Source of the DNA: Camelus dromedarius
Taxonomy: Eukaryota
Assembly: GCF_036321535.1 (NCBI RefSeq)
Contig: NC_087436.1
Location: 35,652,001-35,716,000 of the forward strand
Reading direction: 5' to 3'
DNA: 64,000 nt
Shown: piece by piece, positions 61,101 through 64,000 of the stretch
How the letters are laid out: the number at the start of each line of letters is the position of its first letter
Numbering within the stretch: the stretch's first letter is position 1
Notes under the pieces: model-generated
What the model was told of the DNA's origin: nothing
Database searches by the model: none
What the model saw: the letters and a program-made list of their open reading frames with translations, nothing else
Position numbers and translations under genes: made by a program

Positions 61101-61590
61101 GAGAATAGAGATGATTGTGTTCCATGTCAGTATTCACAGTTGATTCTTCTGCAAAGGAAACATTGAATAACTAGGTCATTAAGGTTGCTTACTTTGTAGA
61201 TATTGGTTGGTTATCTTCACTCAGCCATGCTCAGTTGGCTTATGAAATAAGAGATTGTATATACAGGGTTAGGTATGGGTACAATGTGGATTTTCCTCCA
61301 CCAAGGCTAAACTACCTCCTGCTATTACTAAGTTTCCAATCTCCAACCAACAGAAACCAATGCTGAGCCCCTAATAGGGCCACCTTAACATAAGGAACTA
61401 TCCAGCCACCTGGCAAGGCCAGTTACACTGAATCCCTTACATCGTGAAGTGCATAGTTACTGTCCTCACAGATGTTTATTTTGGATATGGATTGGGCCAC
61501 CCTGCCTGCAATTCCTTCTTTGTGTGATAATTTACGTGTATTAGGTGAATGCTTTATTCACCAGCATGGTATCCCACATACATCGTTGCT
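58106..61590 (+). mobile_element. Decayed ERVL (class III) internal region: gag/pol relic
   Basis: RT motif 'IPQGIPLDIYVDDDVLIG' (ORF 59971..60219); 'tggagattaatagtagactac' = WRLIVDY; RNase H-like 'aagtgggcagaactt' (KWAEL); integrase-like 'ccagccacctgg' and 'tttggatatgga'. Many stops and frameshifts. Confidence 0.82.
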
Positions 61591-61664
61591 AAGAAGGTAA
61601 AAGACAGCTGCTACACAAAGGGCATAGAGAGGGTACATCTGAACCCAAGATATCCTCTGGGGTT

Positions 61665-62505
61665 CTTTTTATATATGGTAAAAAATGGAAGATATGAAAA
61701 AGATGCTCAGTATCCTTAGTTATTGGGGAAATGCACATCAAAAGTACAGTGATAAGCCACTTCATACCTGTTAGGATGGCTATAACTTTTAAAATGGAAA
61801 AAGACAAATATTGTTAACAAATGTAGCAAGGATGTGGAGAATCTGGAATACTAATGGATTGCTGGTAGGAATGTAAAATGGTGCAGCTGCTATGGAAAAC
61901 AGTTTGACAGCTCCTTAAAAGTTGAACATAGAAGCACCATAGGATCCAGCAATTCCACTCATAGGTATATATCCAAAAGAACTGCAAGTAGGGACTCAGA
62001 AACTTGTACACCAATGTTCATAGCAGCACTCACAATAGCTAAAAGGTGAAAATAGCCCAAGTGGCCATCAAAATATGAATGGATAAATTAAATGGATATA
62101 TACATACAGTGGAATATTATTCAGCTGTAAAAAAAAATGAAATTCTGGTACATGATACAACATAGATGAACCTTGAAAACATTACGCTAAGTGAAGTAAG
62201 TCAGACACAAAAGGACAAATATTGTATGATTCCACTTATATATCAAGAATCTAGAATACACAAACTCAGAAAGGCAGAAAGTAGAGCAGAGGTCACTAAA
62301 AGCAATTTTTGGAGGGTGGAATGAGGAGTTATTCCTTAATAGGTTCAGAGTTTCTGTTTGAAATGATGAAAAAGTTCTGGATATAAACAGTGGTGATGAC
62401 TACACAATATTATGAATATATCTAATACTACTGAATTAGATACTCACGAATGGTTAAAGTGGTAAGTTTTATTTTATGTATTGTTCACCACAAATAAAAA
62501 GGAAG
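61665..62505 (+). mobile_element. L1M (L1MA/MB-like) ORF2 end and 3' UTR
   Basis: 'ggaatgtaaaatggtgcagctgctatggaaaacagtttg...gatgaaccttgaaaacattacgctaagtgaa...caccacaaataaaaa'. Confidence 0.93.
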
Positions 62506-62619
62506 AAATACCCCCCAAAAGATGACAGGAAACCCATATAAGCAGTATCACCAAGACCTCATACCTCTCAGGCATGAAAATTAGGGCTGTATTAGCAGAG
62601 AAAGAACTTCAACCAGCTG

Positions 62620-63010
62620 AATATGTATCAGAATTTTCGGAAGCAGACTCTGAAATGGAGGTTAGCATGCAGAAGGTGGGTCAGGGAGTGCTCTCGGGAT
62701 CCACCTCCATAGAGGAAGAGAAGGAAGCAGGATTAGGCAGAGGGCAAAGTAGGGCTTCCATTCAGGGTCATCTAGGGCCTCATTTGACTCCATGGGGAGG
62801 CTTTGAAATTGGGGTGGTTTTTCAGAAGTGTCTTGAGTTGAGGCAGGGGAGCCAGCCATCTTCAGTTGGGGTGAGGGCTCTCTTCAGTCAAGGGCAATTC
62901 CCAGACAGGGCTGGCAGTTGGATGGCACATCTGGTAGCACTTCCAGAAAGTGGGGGAACAAGTCCTTCAGTGCGGAAGGGGGCTCTGGGTGGAACATCAT
63001 GATATCCACT
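62620..63010 (-). mobile_element. LTR16-like ERVL LTR
   Basis: 'gaagcagactctgaaatggaggttagcatgcagaag...aaggaagcaggattaggcagaggg'. Confidence 0.68.
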
Positions 63011-63194
63011 AGGCTGAACCCCTTGCACCACCTGGGTCCTCAGACACCAGATACACTCTGGGAGCAGCTCCTCCCGGACTGCAGTAACCTCCTCCCCTGG
63101 GGACCAGTTCTAAGAGGAAGGTTAGAGGGGCAAATCAAAGTGTGTACCTAATTGCTTTGGTGATCTAACATCCTCCAGGCTCTCCATGGCACAT

Positions 63195-63280
63195 ACGTGG
63201 GGTAGTCAGTTTTCTGTGTCAACTTGGCCAGGCTGTAGTTCCCATTTGTTTGGTCAGACATGAATCTTAGGTGTTGCATG
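63195..63280 (+). mobile_element. MLT2 LTR 5' fragment
   Basis: 'ttttctgtgtcaacttggccaggctgtagttcccatttgtttggtcagaca'. Confidence 0.68.
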
Positions 63281-64000
63281 ATCACTGAATGGAAGAACGG
63301 AGCCACAGGCTAGAAGGTGGTCAGGAGTCTACTACTCTGGAATTAAATGGCATCATCATGTTTGGAAGTATTGGCTGAAGGGTCAGGCTACACCCTGACT
63401 GACCAGCTGGGGTACTGCAATGGGCCATCTGGACACACCGTCTTTCTTGGGCAGGCATTATGAACACAGATCTCTGTCTCCTGGTAGAAACAGTCAGTGT
63501 GGGAGTTTGGGTTGAAGGAACAAAAAAAGAAGATAATAAAAGTAGCTTGAAAAGTCTGAGTGGACTGAAAAATCCACTAACTGGCAGATACCTGTTTAAC
63601 TCAACTGGGGGTCAAGATCTATCCTAGATATTAATAATGCTTAGTCAACATCACACATAGCTGGAATTGGGATTTGTATACCGCCAACATAGTCTCAGGA
63701 CCTCAAACCATAACATTAACATATAAACTGGCCCTAGGCCTTTAAATCCCTGGAAATGCTGGCAGGGCAAATACAGACTCTGTGAAGTGTACTCACAACT
63801 CAAGATGCACAGAATTCACAGAGATAGAGCCTTACTGAAAATGATCTCACACAATATCGAAGGAATCTACCACATTTGGGAGTCCGCAAACCCAACAAAC
63901 AACAGACTTAAACAGCAAAATTAAAATAATGAAAAACTCTAAGATATCATTAAATAAATATATGTACATTGATTAAAGACAAAATAAATAATTAAAACAC

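Overview
This is mammalian genomic DNA, most likely from a camelid. The tRNA-derived SINEs (13035-13206, 34155-34265, 48995-49171) resemble the camel/alpaca SINE family, and the L1 3' ends are artiodactyl-type. I find no credible protein-coding exon. The supplied ORFs are chance ORFs, GC-rich read-throughs or decayed L1/ERVL fragments. The window appears to hold the 5' non-coding part of a minus-strand gene. The evidence is a CpG-island promoter and first exon near 53.2-53.9 kb, a roughly 48 kb first intron, a second GC-rich promoter/exon at about 4.7-5.35 kb and a small exon near 3.85 kb. From memory, this layout resembles the 5' UTR of ZBTB38; that call is unverified. The rest is a dense record of transposons: MIR, L2, L1, MER5/MER58/MER94/MER96, a mariner relic, MLT1/MLT2, ERV1 solo LTRs and a decayed ERVL provirus with a recognisable YVDD. 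Several repeat-free, CpG-retaining islands are candidate enhancers or alternative promoters. The best-supported observations are a twin-primed inverted L1 with TSDs, a three-level nested insertion, a G4-rich and uORF-containing 5' UTR exon, a Sox-Oct/AP-1/ETS cluster in the promoter, and a 33-bp tandem duplication giving phased CCAAT boxes. I see no convincing new multi-gene system. Repeat subfamily names and most boundaries were assigned by eye and are approximate.
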